From positions 31,498,001-31,558,000 of the forward strand of contig CM119371.1 of the NCBI GenBank assembly GCA_051294905.1: a stretch of DNA of 60,000 nucleotides, written 5' to 3'. The translations under genes were made by a program, and so were the position numbers. This document shows, piece by piece, positions 42,101-49,333 of this stretch. Within the stretch, counting starts at the first letter, position 1. Every line of letters begins with the position of its first letter. A model generated the notes under the pieces. That model did no database searches. It was not told where the DNA came from and worked only from the letters and a program-made list of their open reading frames with translations. Source of the stretch: Botryllus schlosseri. Its lineage: Eukaryota.

Positions 42101-44489
42101 TCTGAAAGGTTCAGGTTCGTTAGAACACGAATCATTTTAAACGGTTCTGCGTGAGCAAGAAAGTGAACCGTACGACGTCACATGACTTCATATCGCTACT
42201 TCTAACCCTACATTTCAGTGGAGGGATATATTGATGTGCACGATACCTAGCGACGACCCAGGCCACATTACGCGACAAGGCAGAAGTACATGCTGACGTC
42301 ACCAATTGTATCTACTGGAGCAATCAAATGATATAATGAAATCAATATCTGGTTCGGTTTATTATCAATTACGATACAGCGGAAAGATAGGAAGGTGTCG
42401 AAACGACTTGGAGTAGTCTTTGAAATCATACACCTAATTTGACCTAGGCGGTTAAAAGAGGAGGCATGCACTCTGAATGAAAAGGGAAATTAGATAATAT
42501 AAAAAGCAAGCGACAAAATGAGATGGTATGTCACAGAAGGCGTGATCAAAAGGTCTGGTCGTGGTCCGGTAATCTTGAGAGTGGACTATAATTCATTTAG
42601 TAGATATTTCTCGTATTTCGAATTGAATGGGTATGTTCGTCCACCCGTCGCTTTGTCAACAATTTCGACGAGTAGCCTACTTGCAAGGGAATATAAACTA
42701 ACGCCTTAACGGTCCAGGCCAGACTGGACAATGTATTTTGCGTCTGACTATTGCTACATTGATATTGAGCAGAGTATGAAAGGGGTTTCTATACTTGCTA
42801 CCGATATTTCCCTAGAAACAAGATCTACAGTAGCCAACATCAGTGTTGGGATCAAGTCACTGCCTTCGAGTCACGAGTCATTTCGAGTCATTGCACATTT
42901 TGACTCGAGTCAAGTCAAGTCAGTCGCTTTTCGATGGTGACTCGAGTCAAGTCAAGTCACTCGATTTTTGAAGGTAACTCGAGTCAAGTCGAGTCAAGTC
43001 AAGTCAAGTCACGAGTTAAGTCAAAATTCAAGTCAAGTAGCCTTTTCGTAGTATGAGGCATGATTACGGTACCATTTTGCTAGCTGTCTGAAATACAGAT
43101 GGAGTGGTCATTGATTCTGAACCGATGAACGAATATATAGAGTTGAATATGCACCCAAGAAGGCGCTGCATCGTTCGCCTATACGTAGCCTCAGTTTATA
43201 GTTACCAACCGAAATAGAGAATCGAATTGATTAGATGCAATACATTACCCGTTACCATTTACAAATTGATACGATACAATTCGAGCCTGCACCAATGGTT
43301 GAGGAGTATATAAACTATATTCGAATCAAAATCAGTAAAACAAGAGGTTTGGTCAAGGTAAGAACAGAAAACAGAACTAGATAATTTTCTATTATGTTAC
43401 TTTACTACTAGTTTACGACAATGAAAGCTGTAAGCTTCGATCACTTCGTTTGTGGTCAATTTATTTGTGAGAGAACAATGGAGGCTCAGTAAAACGCACG
43501 ATAATTGAATGATTGGTCGCTCTCACGGGTTACAGCAGCGTTTCGCGAACAATCCGAACATATGCAAGATACAGTGATTTTTAGCGACACTGATTATTGA
43601 TGACTTGAAATTGACTCGTGAATTTTGCTCCGAGTCACGAGTCTATCCACATTTCTGATACGCCGAATCAAATCAAGTCAAGTCATTTTAGTAAAGTGAC
43701 TCGAGTCAAGTCAAGTCAAGTCATGCGAAAAAGGTGACTCGAGTCTGACTCGAGTCAAGTCATGACTCGAGTCATCCCAACACTGGCCAACACCCTATTC
43801 GCACGGATTTCATTTTTATAATACAATAAACACCCGAGATGAATTCCGTACGTCTGCTGTATTTTTTACATCAGACAACGATGAATTATTTATAACAATT
43901 TCACTGATCGTTTCAACAAGCATCATTCGCTGACTTCCCACATGCATTGTATATCGTTCCTGATGTTGTGTAAATACGGGTCTAGCTCAAAACAGATTGT
44001 CTTAAATATTTGCAAACGGAAAGCTGAATATTTCTCGCAAATTTTTGTAACACAGCAGGGAAAATTTAGAGATTAGCAAGGTGCGTGCTCGTTCATTGTA
44101 TATTTTTTCTACGCTGCCAGCGCCATGTATAGAATAGTTCGAGCCGAAGTTGAAATGCAAAGAATTTCCATCACATATGATTATAATGAGGTAAAATTGT
44201 AATTTTCCAAAAAGGTTCGCAGTGAAAGGTTCGTTTATGAGCGTTGACCTCGAAATTTCTTTGGTTCACAAACACAACTCGAATGTGAACCTGACGTTCA
44301 CGCCATCCCTAATAATGAGTTCGTGTTGACAATATTTGGAAGCAATTTCGCTGCAAATATTGCTATCCCGAATGCACACCGCATTGGGTAGCGCTCACCT
44401 GCAATCAGTGAAACCATCGCAAAATTTGTGCATCGGAATACACGTTGCCTGGTCCGTGCATGCGAATTCGTTACTCCGACATGTCAAGC
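35..44489 (-). CDS. Gene B (whole model, 29 coding exons found): giant LDLa-repeat ectodomain protein, probably an LDLa-GPCR; signal-peptide exon and 3' end not found
   Basis: Phase-compatible GT-AG exons join into one open frame of about 1,080 aa: 11 A/B exon pairs, then LDLa repeats ending ATACDGIPECNDFMDEECRCDVTPRFC. GPCR status is inferred from neighbouring gene A. Confidence 0.8.
254..322 (-). CDS. Gene B exon (EPSGIPFQGQRKLDYECGDPVGK)
   Basis: 69 nt, phase 1-1, TTTAG acceptor and GTAAG donor, joins in frame to the next LDLa exon. Confidence 0.7.
1053..1127 (-). CDS. Gene B candidate linker exon (DLNILNDSQHPVGAVLASLADASIP)
   Basis: 75 nt, phase 1-1, open frame, CAG|GTAAA donor; no diagnostic motif. 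Confidence 0.45.
1210..1256 (-). CDS. Gene B exon, LDLa end (LDCPGGEDEAYCIRK)
   Basis: 47 nt, phase 2-1, CCCAG acceptor and GTATG donor, DCxxGEDExxC motif. Confidence 0.85.
1539..1641 (-). CDS. Gene B exon (TSLGEISSTPSIRCSSWGNGARLLVKTTSVCDSR)
   Basis: 103 nt, phase 1-2, completes VCDSRLDC with the next exon. Confidence 0.75.
1698..1856 (-). CDS. Gene B exon, LDLa (YFTDESCFKCLRDPLVVLPISKLCDGVFDCGDLTDECLCPEAARPNLCKNFVW)
   Basis: 159 nt, phase 1-1, CDGxxDCxDxxDEC motif, GTAAG donor. Confidence 0.9.
1919..1954 (-). CDS. Gene B small exon (DIDECICPEDGK)
   Basis: 36 nt, phase 1-1, TGCAG/GTAAG; supplies DEC to the LDLa begun in 2872-2999; followed by a 62-nt intron. Confidence 0.8.
2171..2847. 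mobile_element. Foldback MITE with long (~220 bp) imperfect terminal inverted repeats, unclassified
   Basis: ATAGTGTCATACAATGG... at left is the reverse complement of ...CCATTGTAGGGCACTAT at right. Confidence 0.75.
2872..2999 (-). CDS. Gene B exon B11 (DGSDEFNQPERTHLSGRICPRKGRQCMIFDSDLCDGVALCEH)
   Basis: 128 nt, phase 2-1, TTTAG/GTGAG. Confidence 0.9.
3666..3756 (-). CDS. Gene B exon A11 (GRSCKAYEFSCANGRKCIPANMYCNGITDCE)
   Basis: 91 nt, phase 1-2, LDLa Cys1-5. Confidence 0.9.
4144..7285. mobile_element. Non-autonomous hAT-type element (TAGGGTTACCATA family), ~3.1 kb with nested inserts
   Basis: TIR TAGGGTTACCATA / TATGGCAACCCTA; TSD ccctatat/ccctgtat; interrupts a copy of the repeat also seen at 26456-26780. 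Confidence 0.75.
8078..8501. mobile_element. Palindromic MITE, TAGGGCTGTTCAAAA family (hAT-like)
   Basis: Long near-perfect TIRs; perfect 8-bp TSD atgtgcat. Confidence 0.9.
9107..9255 (-). CDS. Gene B exon B10 (DGTDEPWNNPGMINTDATLCRIRTHHHRYQHRICELPANLVPYEDELCDG)
   Basis: 149 nt, phase 2-1, CCAG/GTGAG. Confidence 0.9.
10273..10447 (+). mobile_element. Solo fragment of Penelope-like element 3' terminal repeat
   Basis: Closely matches 57300-57473, which follows the RT-thumb/GIY-YIG ORF. Confidence 0.8.
10379..10422 (+). ncRNA. Candidate minimal type I hammerhead ribozyme (Penelope-associated)
   Basis: ACCC-CTGACGA-GTGTCAGCC-GAAA-ATATT-C-GAGT; core intact, one stem I mismatch; upstream GCTGACG complementary to TGTCAGC. 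Confidence 0.6.
10667..10757 (-). CDS. Gene B exon A10 (GSTCLWHEFSCDSGSRCVQRKHYCDDGNGCR)
   Basis: 91 nt, phase 1-2. Confidence 0.9.
11273..11600. mobile_element. MITE, TAGGG(C/T)TGTTCAAAA family
   Basis: TIR TAGGGTTGTTCAAAA / TTTTGAACAACCCCA; perfect TSD ttgtgcat. Confidence 0.85.
11798..11940 (-). CDS. Gene B exon B9 (DGSDERYFNNSMDYNYNVNFCRKSDSWIARVCMLPEGTNVNAYESCEG)
   Basis: 143 nt, phase 2-1. Confidence 0.9.
12075..12165 (-). CDS. Gene B exon A9 (GTSCRHDEFPCFEGTACLRKLYFCDSNPQCP)
   Basis: 91 nt, phase 1-2. Confidence 0.9.
13666..13820 (-). CDS. Gene B exon B8 (DGSDEPSRRNNSESYGHDVTFCRSREYIDYILHDVCVLPPSHLPYVKVICAG)
   Basis: 155 nt, phase 2-1. Confidence 0.9.
14549..15290. mobile_element. 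hAT/Charlie-like MITE (CAGTGGTTCTCAAC family), right end degraded
   Basis: Similar to 24199-24689 plus 29289-29616 and, inverted, to 39002-39847. Confidence 0.7.
15417..15507 (-). CDS. Gene B exon A8 (GSSCSSSEFPCSDGSKCVAGSVYCNRQADCL)
   Basis: 91 nt, phase 1-2, GTAAG donor. Confidence 0.9.
16717..16856 (-). CDS. Gene B exon B7 (DGSDEPPLRKSNISYDRDTVFCRGRAVPFICVLPPRLVPQYEIICSG)
   Basis: 140 nt, phase 2-1. Confidence 0.9.
16922..17012 (-). CDS. Gene B exon A7 (GASCEDYEFSCFDGAKCIPLSFFCDGKADCI)
   Basis: 91 nt, phase 1-2; 65-nt intron to B7. Confidence 0.9.
17210..17615. mobile_element. hAT-type MITE, TAGGGTTACCATA family
   Basis: TIR AGGGTTACCATA / TATGGTAACCC; internal AAAAGAGGACA motifs shared with the 30738 and 41194 copies. 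Confidence 0.75.
18598..18749 (-). CDS. Gene B exon B6 (DGSDEPPLRNYSASYSRYDTFCRGKDHSGDGRFICLLPSSLEAQAGQLCGG)
   Basis: 152 nt, phase 2-1. Confidence 0.9.
19177..19452. repeat. Minisatellite of 16-17 bp units (CCGAGAATGGA(C/T)A...) inside a MITE remnant
   Basis: About 17 tandem units; explains the repetitive ORFs in several frames. Confidence 0.9.
20016..20106 (-). CDS. Gene B exon A6 (GSSCQRDEFMCSDGSRCIQNWMFCNGYQDCS)
   Basis: 91 nt, phase 1-2. Confidence 0.9.
21105..21245 (-). mobile_element. Degenerate tRNA-derived SINE
   Basis: Shares the GACACCGCA...GAGGAGCC core with the 23320 and 23540 copies; B-box-like GTTCGAAC. Confidence 0.45.
21725..21885 (-). CDS. Gene B exon B5 (DASDEPPLRNSSIDYGPNISFCRQRSLRYGGLDVRSICELPTHLATLQDDLCEG)
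   Basis: 161 nt, phase 2-1. Confidence 0.9.
22031..22579 (+). mobile_element. hAT/Charlie deletion derivative retaining a transposase C-terminal remnant
   Basis: TIR CAGGGACGGACAAC / GTTGCCTGCCCCTG; perfect TSD acctaaac; FTTMNINETRLRSNKTDVHVQSLLKV resembles the Charlie/SPIN/GTF2IRD2-type C-terminus. Confidence 0.85.
23320..23690 (-). mobile_element. Two tandem tRNA-derived SINE copies
   Basis: Minus strand A-box-like TGGCGAGATAGGGT and B-box GGTTCAAGTCC; duplicated core at ~23320-23500 and ~23540-23690. Confidence 0.6.
23834..23924 (-). CDS. Gene B exon A5 (DPTCLKTEYSCFDGSACLPSEEFCDGKNDCR)
   Basis: 91 nt, phase 1-2. Confidence 0.9.
25292..27281 (+). mobile_element. Nest level 3: defective hAT (Ac/ZBED-like) with decayed transposase
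   Basis: TIR TAGAGCCCGACCGAT; perfect TSD ctaatgac; motifs LSCFAHSLQLFVN (~26024-26062) and WNRNEEKFPILA...PSERL. Confidence 0.85.
26366..27080. mobile_element. Nest level 4: Charlie-type MITE
   Basis: TIR CAGGGGTCACCAAC / GTTGGCGACCCCTG; perfect TSD ccctatat; GCGGCCCGC subterminal motifs. Confidence 0.9.
27466..28750. mobile_element. Nest level 3b: hAT (Tip100-like) non-autonomous element
   Basis: CAGGGCCGTAAC / GTTACGGTGCTG; perfect TSD gggcacag; GGGCCCC subterminal motifs and an internal ~130-bp direct duplication. Confidence 0.8.
30229..30374 (-). CDS. Gene B exon B4 (DGSDELYRNNSIVPQTNFTACRSQRRYPEYPANICMVTIETAEILQCEG)
   Basis: 146 nt, phase 2-1, GTAAG donor. Confidence 0.9.
30738..31079. 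mobile_element. hAT-type MITE, TAGGGTTACCA family
   Basis: TIR TAGGGTTACCA / TGGTAACCCTA; TSD cagtgttg/cggcgttg. Confidence 0.8.
31288..32264. mobile_element. Charlie-type MITE with nested CCGAGAATG-repeat MITE (31371-31638)
   Basis: TIR CAGGGGCGGGCA / TGCCCGCCCCTG; perfect TSD atatacac. Confidence 0.85.
32433..33729. mobile_element. hAT-type non-autonomous element with (AGTAGA) subterminal repeats
   Basis: TIR CAGAGGTGGTCA / TGACCACTTCTG; TSD gacatgta/gtcacgta. Confidence 0.75.
34114..34513. mobile_element. hAT-type MITE, TA(C/G)GGATGGTGTG family (relatives near 7450-8905, 9484-9860, 43900-44311)
   Basis: TIR TACGGATGGTGTG / CACACCATCCGTA; perfect TSD gtcaggag. Confidence 0.85.
34704..34794 (-). 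CDS. Gene B exon A4 (GSTCNRWEFSCLDGSQCLPREMFCDGTTQCN)
   Basis: 91 nt, phase 1-2. Confidence 0.9.
35496..35668 (-). CDS. Gene B exon B3 (DKSDEPPLRYNNISYDPDIKFCHGKGQLQYMAELEMYIRWICVLEPSLQPYEKELCSG)
   Basis: 173 nt, phase 2-1. Confidence 0.9.
36322..37229. mobile_element. Probable old hAT-type element
   Basis: Imperfect TIR CAGGGCGATT / AATCACCGCG; TSD gtcatgat/atcatgat. Confidence 0.45.
38161..38251 (-). CDS. Gene B exon A3 (SKQCSKTNFACLDGSGCVKNEVFCDRKADCG)
   Basis: 91 nt, phase 1-2. Confidence 0.9.
39002..39847. mobile_element. hAT/Charlie-like MITE (CAGTGGTTCTCAAC family), complete
   Basis: TIR CAGTGGTTCTCAACC / GGTTGAGAACCACTG; TSD gactaggg/gcctaggg. Confidence 0.9.
39957..40087 (-). CDS. 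Gene B exon B2 (DGSDELYRDSGISNHSDVTICRKENRYCEVTTQFLQDKEGFCE)
   Basis: 131 nt, phase 2-1. Confidence 0.9.
40665..40755 (-). CDS. Gene B exon A2 (GSACRYHEFPCADGSQCVPKSFFCDGMKNCQ)
   Basis: 91 nt, phase 1-2. Confidence 0.9.
41194..41608. mobile_element. hAT-type MITE, TAGGGTTACCATA family (inverted copy)
   Basis: CAGGATTACCAT / ATGGTAACCCTA; TSD ccttccaa/ccttataa. Confidence 0.75.
41689..41834 (-). CDS. Gene B exon B1 (DESDEPYWTVKTNHSSNTTVCRGRKDSFTPRICVLPSQLRAQEDELCDG)
   Basis: 146 nt, phase 2-1. Confidence 0.9.
42841..43785. mobile_element. hAT MITE with GACTCGAGTC/CAAGT subterminal arrays
   Basis: TIR CAGTGTTGGGAT / ATCCCAACACTG; TSD gccaacat/gccaacac; fragments also near 3020, 9960-10270 and 15790-16630. 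Confidence 0.9.
44399..44489 (-). CDS. Gene B exon A1 (LTCRSNEFACTDQATCIPMHKFCDGFTDCR), first recognisable coding exon
   Basis: 91 nt, phase 1-2, TACAG/GTGAG. Confidence 0.9.
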
Positions 44490-47400
44490 CTGTAACAAAG
44501 GTATTGTATTGCTCAATGTATTAATTTCTCAAATATTTCATATATTATAAAAGATATGATTAGAGTCTGACCTTCACTACAGGAAATCAATACCATGGCT
44601 GCAGTTCCAATGTAAACAGAAAGCCTTTTCCATTTTAAAGTTGAGCTTTGGATATTTTGCGCATGGTCCATTTATGCTATAAAAAATATATATTGAATAC
44701 ATCTTATCCGGAGTGCTATATAGGAAGTTTATGTTTGTAAATTTGGAATAGGTTTTCTTGCGACAAATTCGAATATTCATGAGGGGCCACTCCTGTTGTA
44801 CTCAGTGAGATTTCACATACTTGGATGTTGAAAGTCGCAATCGGGGTTCTACTAACACTATGAACTATTACCATTCAACATTCTTTGCAGAACCCGATAT
44901 ATTATTCAAGATAACACTGTATATCCAAGTTTTATTATAGATTATATCCAACCACCGCGTAAAAAGAGACTTGAAATTGTTTTTTCTGTATTTTCATATT
45001 ACTAACCTATTTTAAGTACCTTTCTCGTGTTATTCTTGCTTTGGAACTGTCGAATTATCGGCTTCGAAAATTAATTATATCCTGCTCATCAAACGTCAAA
45101 ACGAAGTATATACACACGACCTCGTACACGAAGGCACACTAATACGGAAAAAATATTTTATTTTCAAAGCGGATTTCGAATTTATTACTATATTACCTAA
45201 ATATGTTGCTGAAAATCAAGAACGATAGCGTCTTCGCATCACACTGCCAACGGACTACAAAATCAAACTGATTGACTGTAAGAAATACCAAGCCATTATA
45301 CGCCAAGTTTGGACAGGTTATCGCAAAATCAACAGCGTTGAGAGTAATCGATCAATAAATGATCCAAAACCGATACGTGCAGTTCAGGTTACTATGAGAT
45401 ACGCGAATAGATGGTTTACATATAGTTTCAATATTACGACTCGTTGATGCATATGCATGAAGGAAATATTCTATTTAACTGACACCAGATCGTAAATCAT
45501 CGCATATACCAGTCATCTGTATTATAACATGATCTGCCTATCGACATTATTGCGCTGACTACAAAATATAATCAGTCCACATAGTAATGATTCCATTTAA
45601 TTCAATGCACGGAAAATCAGTTATGTGCGAGCTCATTTTATTCACCCATATGTAAAAGCCATACGCTGTAAGCCATGCTGCAATTTTAAGACTGTCGGTC
45701 GCAAAACAGTATCTGTGGCTAAGCCATGGATGCAATCAATCGCCAATTGATGGAATAACAACGTTTTAAATCGTTTTTTACAGGTCATGTCATCGATAAC
45801 TTTGTTAGTACTCTCGATTGACCGATTGATGTTGTAAGATTGGTTATGCTTATGACATTACGAAGACTGTTTAGTGTCGACACGCTTTTCTCTCTTTTGT
45901 CTTGAGACATATATAGTGACCTAATTTAATAAGTCGTGAGAATTTCCTGTGCTGACCTTTGGTACTTTGTTTGTTTGTGTTATTCATGGTGCTTCCGGAC
46001 TACAATGATAATATACACCATGATTTCATAGCTGCCGACTTGTGACACGTCCCACTTTTAGGCATTTTAAGACAACGTTACGCCAATGAGTGACAAGGAT
46101 GTGCCCGTATAAACCTCTAACACGTCGGTGGGAATTCTTGAGTCAACGTTGGTAGTGATCAGCTAACAAAATTTAGAGTTGGGTCGTGGAACATTTCCAA
46201 GTCAGAAATTGAGGTTGCAAAGGTTTTAAACCTCTGTTCCGTGATTATGCTTTAATAATACACAATTTGCTTGGATGATATTGTGCAACAATTGGTCTAA
46301 TATTTGTTATATTGGAAGATCTATCTCGCGTGTCTTGTAGGTGGACTGGAGAGTAATATAAGTAGGCCTATCAATGTCAAATCTGGTGAGATCATTTCCC
46401 TAGTACGCGTTTCTCTATGAGCTATCATAGATAGCCTACCAACCAAGGTAGTTGGCGGTGACGTGCTTTGGTATCTTGACTTAATTGTAAGTTGATAGAT
46501 GTTTATTATGGACGAAACGCTAAAGGTTACAACACGAACATGCGCGAAACAATGAAAGGTCACATAATAAAACTGAGGTGTTAAAAAAAAAATACTTTAA
46601 TATATGTGCAGACGGCCGGGTTCGCTTTGATGGAATGGAAAAATTGATTTGACTTTTTTTTGTGGTATGTGCTATACGTCTTAAGCAAGCTGTATCAAAT
46701 GAGATACAAATACTGCGTATCATAAATAATACACGCTCGAAATAACCACGGGCGGATCCGATAATAGGCATTCCAAATTAAACAGGCTTCTGCGAAGTTT
46801 TACAGGAATATCCCTAAATTGTGTCTAATTTGCATTGAGACTTCGACTGTGTAAATTGTAAAGCAAAAGCACTTGGAAATATTTAGCCGGTAAAATGCCT
46901 TTTTGGAGGATACCTTATTCGTCTGTGTTCTTGTTGATACATATCGCGGGTGGAAACCATATGACACACGTCTTATTTTAAAAGTATCATGTGGCCATAT
47001 GGCAAGCGCACCCTGGCATTGTACTGCCATCATATTAAAAGGCGTGTTCATCTCGTCTAGTCTTTGTAGATGTTTATTCGTTTCACTTAATCCATTGTTC
47101 AGTCACCAAACTAGTGCTTGGTGTTTGCATAGGAAGGTTTCTTTCTAAAGCAGCTTTGTCTATATAAATGTCGATAACATTATTGCTTACCGTACGGTCG
47201 CGTGTAGATTGATTATTATCAAATCTCAAAGCAAAACGTTTCAGAAGTACTGACCTAAGCATTACGTATTAGTTTTAAGATGTTAACTGTGGAAGAATAG
47301 ATAATTACGTCGTTTTTGTGATGCGGGAAGTACATGCGCTCACAAAATATATAACCTGTTATATATCTTGTACCAACATTCAAATTCGCTGGCATAGCAT

Positions 47401-49043
47401 CCGTCGCATGTAACGATTCATACTCTCAATGCTATCTGGCTCGGCATGCACTTTCATGCCCGCGTTATGATGTCATTGTGGTGCAGTGCAGTACAACAAA
47501 CCAAATTTCTGAAACGCAGAACGGAAAACATAGTGCATCACTACACGCTGTCATTATAGTTATCAAACGCAATAAATATCTTGAAGAATACCACACATTC
47601 ATAATGTCATTCCGATCGAAAATTATGAAGTTGATGAAAGGTTCACGTAGATGAACTTATTTTATGGACGATATAAAATTCTACTCAATTACAGAAGTAG
47701 CAATTTCTGAGAAATGTCAAAAGTAGTTCAAGTAGAAATGAAATTTGAAAGTTTGAAAAATAGTCTAGCAAGTATTTAAAAACGTCTGTCTTGTGATCAT
47801 GTGAGGCAAAATGAGGCAGTTATCAATATGTGTTATGAAACCGCGTCGCTTTGTATATTGTTCCCTCTGATTATCAGGATATACTTCTCTCAGTTGTCTG
47901 AATATGGTATATTCATTTAGGGCTGCGATGTCGAGCAGATTTTAAAGACAACTAGAGGTCATCCGCGGGTTTGTCATTTGCAAGTATATGTTTGAACCAT
48001 TTGGATCAACCAAGTCAACCTCAATCTTTGTGTTGTTATTGCAAGCGAAAGTGTTAGCAAGCCAGAATCATCGTATTTCCTAGGTCAATTTGCTGCGGGT
48101 CAAAAAGTCCCCTATTATGCATTTCGGGGTATTTTATGAAAAATGCATTTTTCTTGTCAAAGGTAAATTTTTACAAAACAACTGTTTTCACATCATGTCT
48201 AAGTATAAAAAGCTTAGAAAGTCAAGATAATCCAGGAGTTAATTCGCAATATGTGTTAAGCAGTTATGATGAATTGCTCCGATTGGGTCATTTTGACCCC
48301 TGTTATGCATTTTAGAGTTACCAAGACAAAGCTACGTTCCAATCTAACTGATTTTCACGTGCAGTCATTACGAAAGGTTTCTACATACGACATGCAGCCG
48401 GAATTCAAAGAAAAAGTTGGCACCTTTCATTGACCACAGATGACTGATTGACTACAACAGCTATTGAAGTACATTAGGTTGATAAATTCATCAAATACTG
48501 TGTTTGGTGTCTATGTTTTAAACTTGAAGTTAAACACGATTTATTCCTTGTATAGGTGGATAAATGCGCGATTCATGTATCAATTTGGTAATCCGGCCCG
48601 CCGAGTACTTCATTTTCCCACATCAGGCCCGCCGACCGGAAAAGTTGCCCGTCCCTGCGTTAGGCCGTTATCAGGAGGGGTCATGTTCGAAATTGTAAGA
48701 TAGATCTTCGTGACTAGCATAACATTATTAGGGGCACTACAAATATGTGCATGTGCATTTCCTTACCATGTCGGAGTATATTCAGTTCGCGTGATACACG
48801 GGACTACACAGCCTAGAAAGTATATATTTCTTATGAAAAGGGTGTAAGTGGATGCAGTCTAGATATAAAACGACTGGAGTAAGTACAGTGAAAGTAGGTA
48901 AAACCTTCAGGAATGTTCCGAAAAATTACCTGTACGTCGCAAGCAACTATCTCCGGTGAGCACCCATAAAATGTGACTACCTGCCATCTGAATAACCCGC
49001 TGAGAAATCGAATGATCTTAAAGCCAAATTCTTTACATGATCA

Positions 49044-49049
49044 TTTATT
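49044..49049 (-). promoter_or_regulatory. Candidate polyadenylation signal of gene A
   Basis: AATAAA on minus strand ~100 nt after the TGA. Confidence 0.5.
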
Positions 49050-49145
49050 CTGAGGATTGATGACGGACATTTTATCTCCATTTTACAAGTATATAATTCA
49101 GTGTCCGCAACACTTTGGTCACAGCTCCTGTCCCAGCATTACACT

Positions 49146-49333
49146 TCATCGCTCCGTCATTGACACCGCCTCGGTCTGACCCGGAGCCGCAGCCGGTTGC
49201 GGTCTTACGATTCTCGTTATCTTGTTCCAAATTATTTCAGGGAGATCCGAATAGAGCAGCGGATTTAACCCACTATTTATTGGCACGATCAGCAAACCTG
49301 CCGGCAGATACACATCTTTCGGTATGTCAACCC
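49146..49333 (-). CDS. Gene A last exon: TM7 and C-tail
   Basis: VDIPKDVYLPAGLLIVPINSGLNPLLYSD...TER*; NPxxY motif. Confidence 0.92.

Noticed and set aside
44490..49040. Signal-peptide or first exon of gene B (for example MISPDLTLIGLLILLSS near 46394; strong donor near 47190)
   Set aside because: No candidate combined ATG, hydrophobic stretch and a phase-1 donor; left unresolved
44489..49146. Genes A and B as one continuous gene
   Set aside because: Gene A ends with TM7, C-tail, TGA and AATAAA; extracellular LDLa modules after a cytoplasmic tail are topologically implausible
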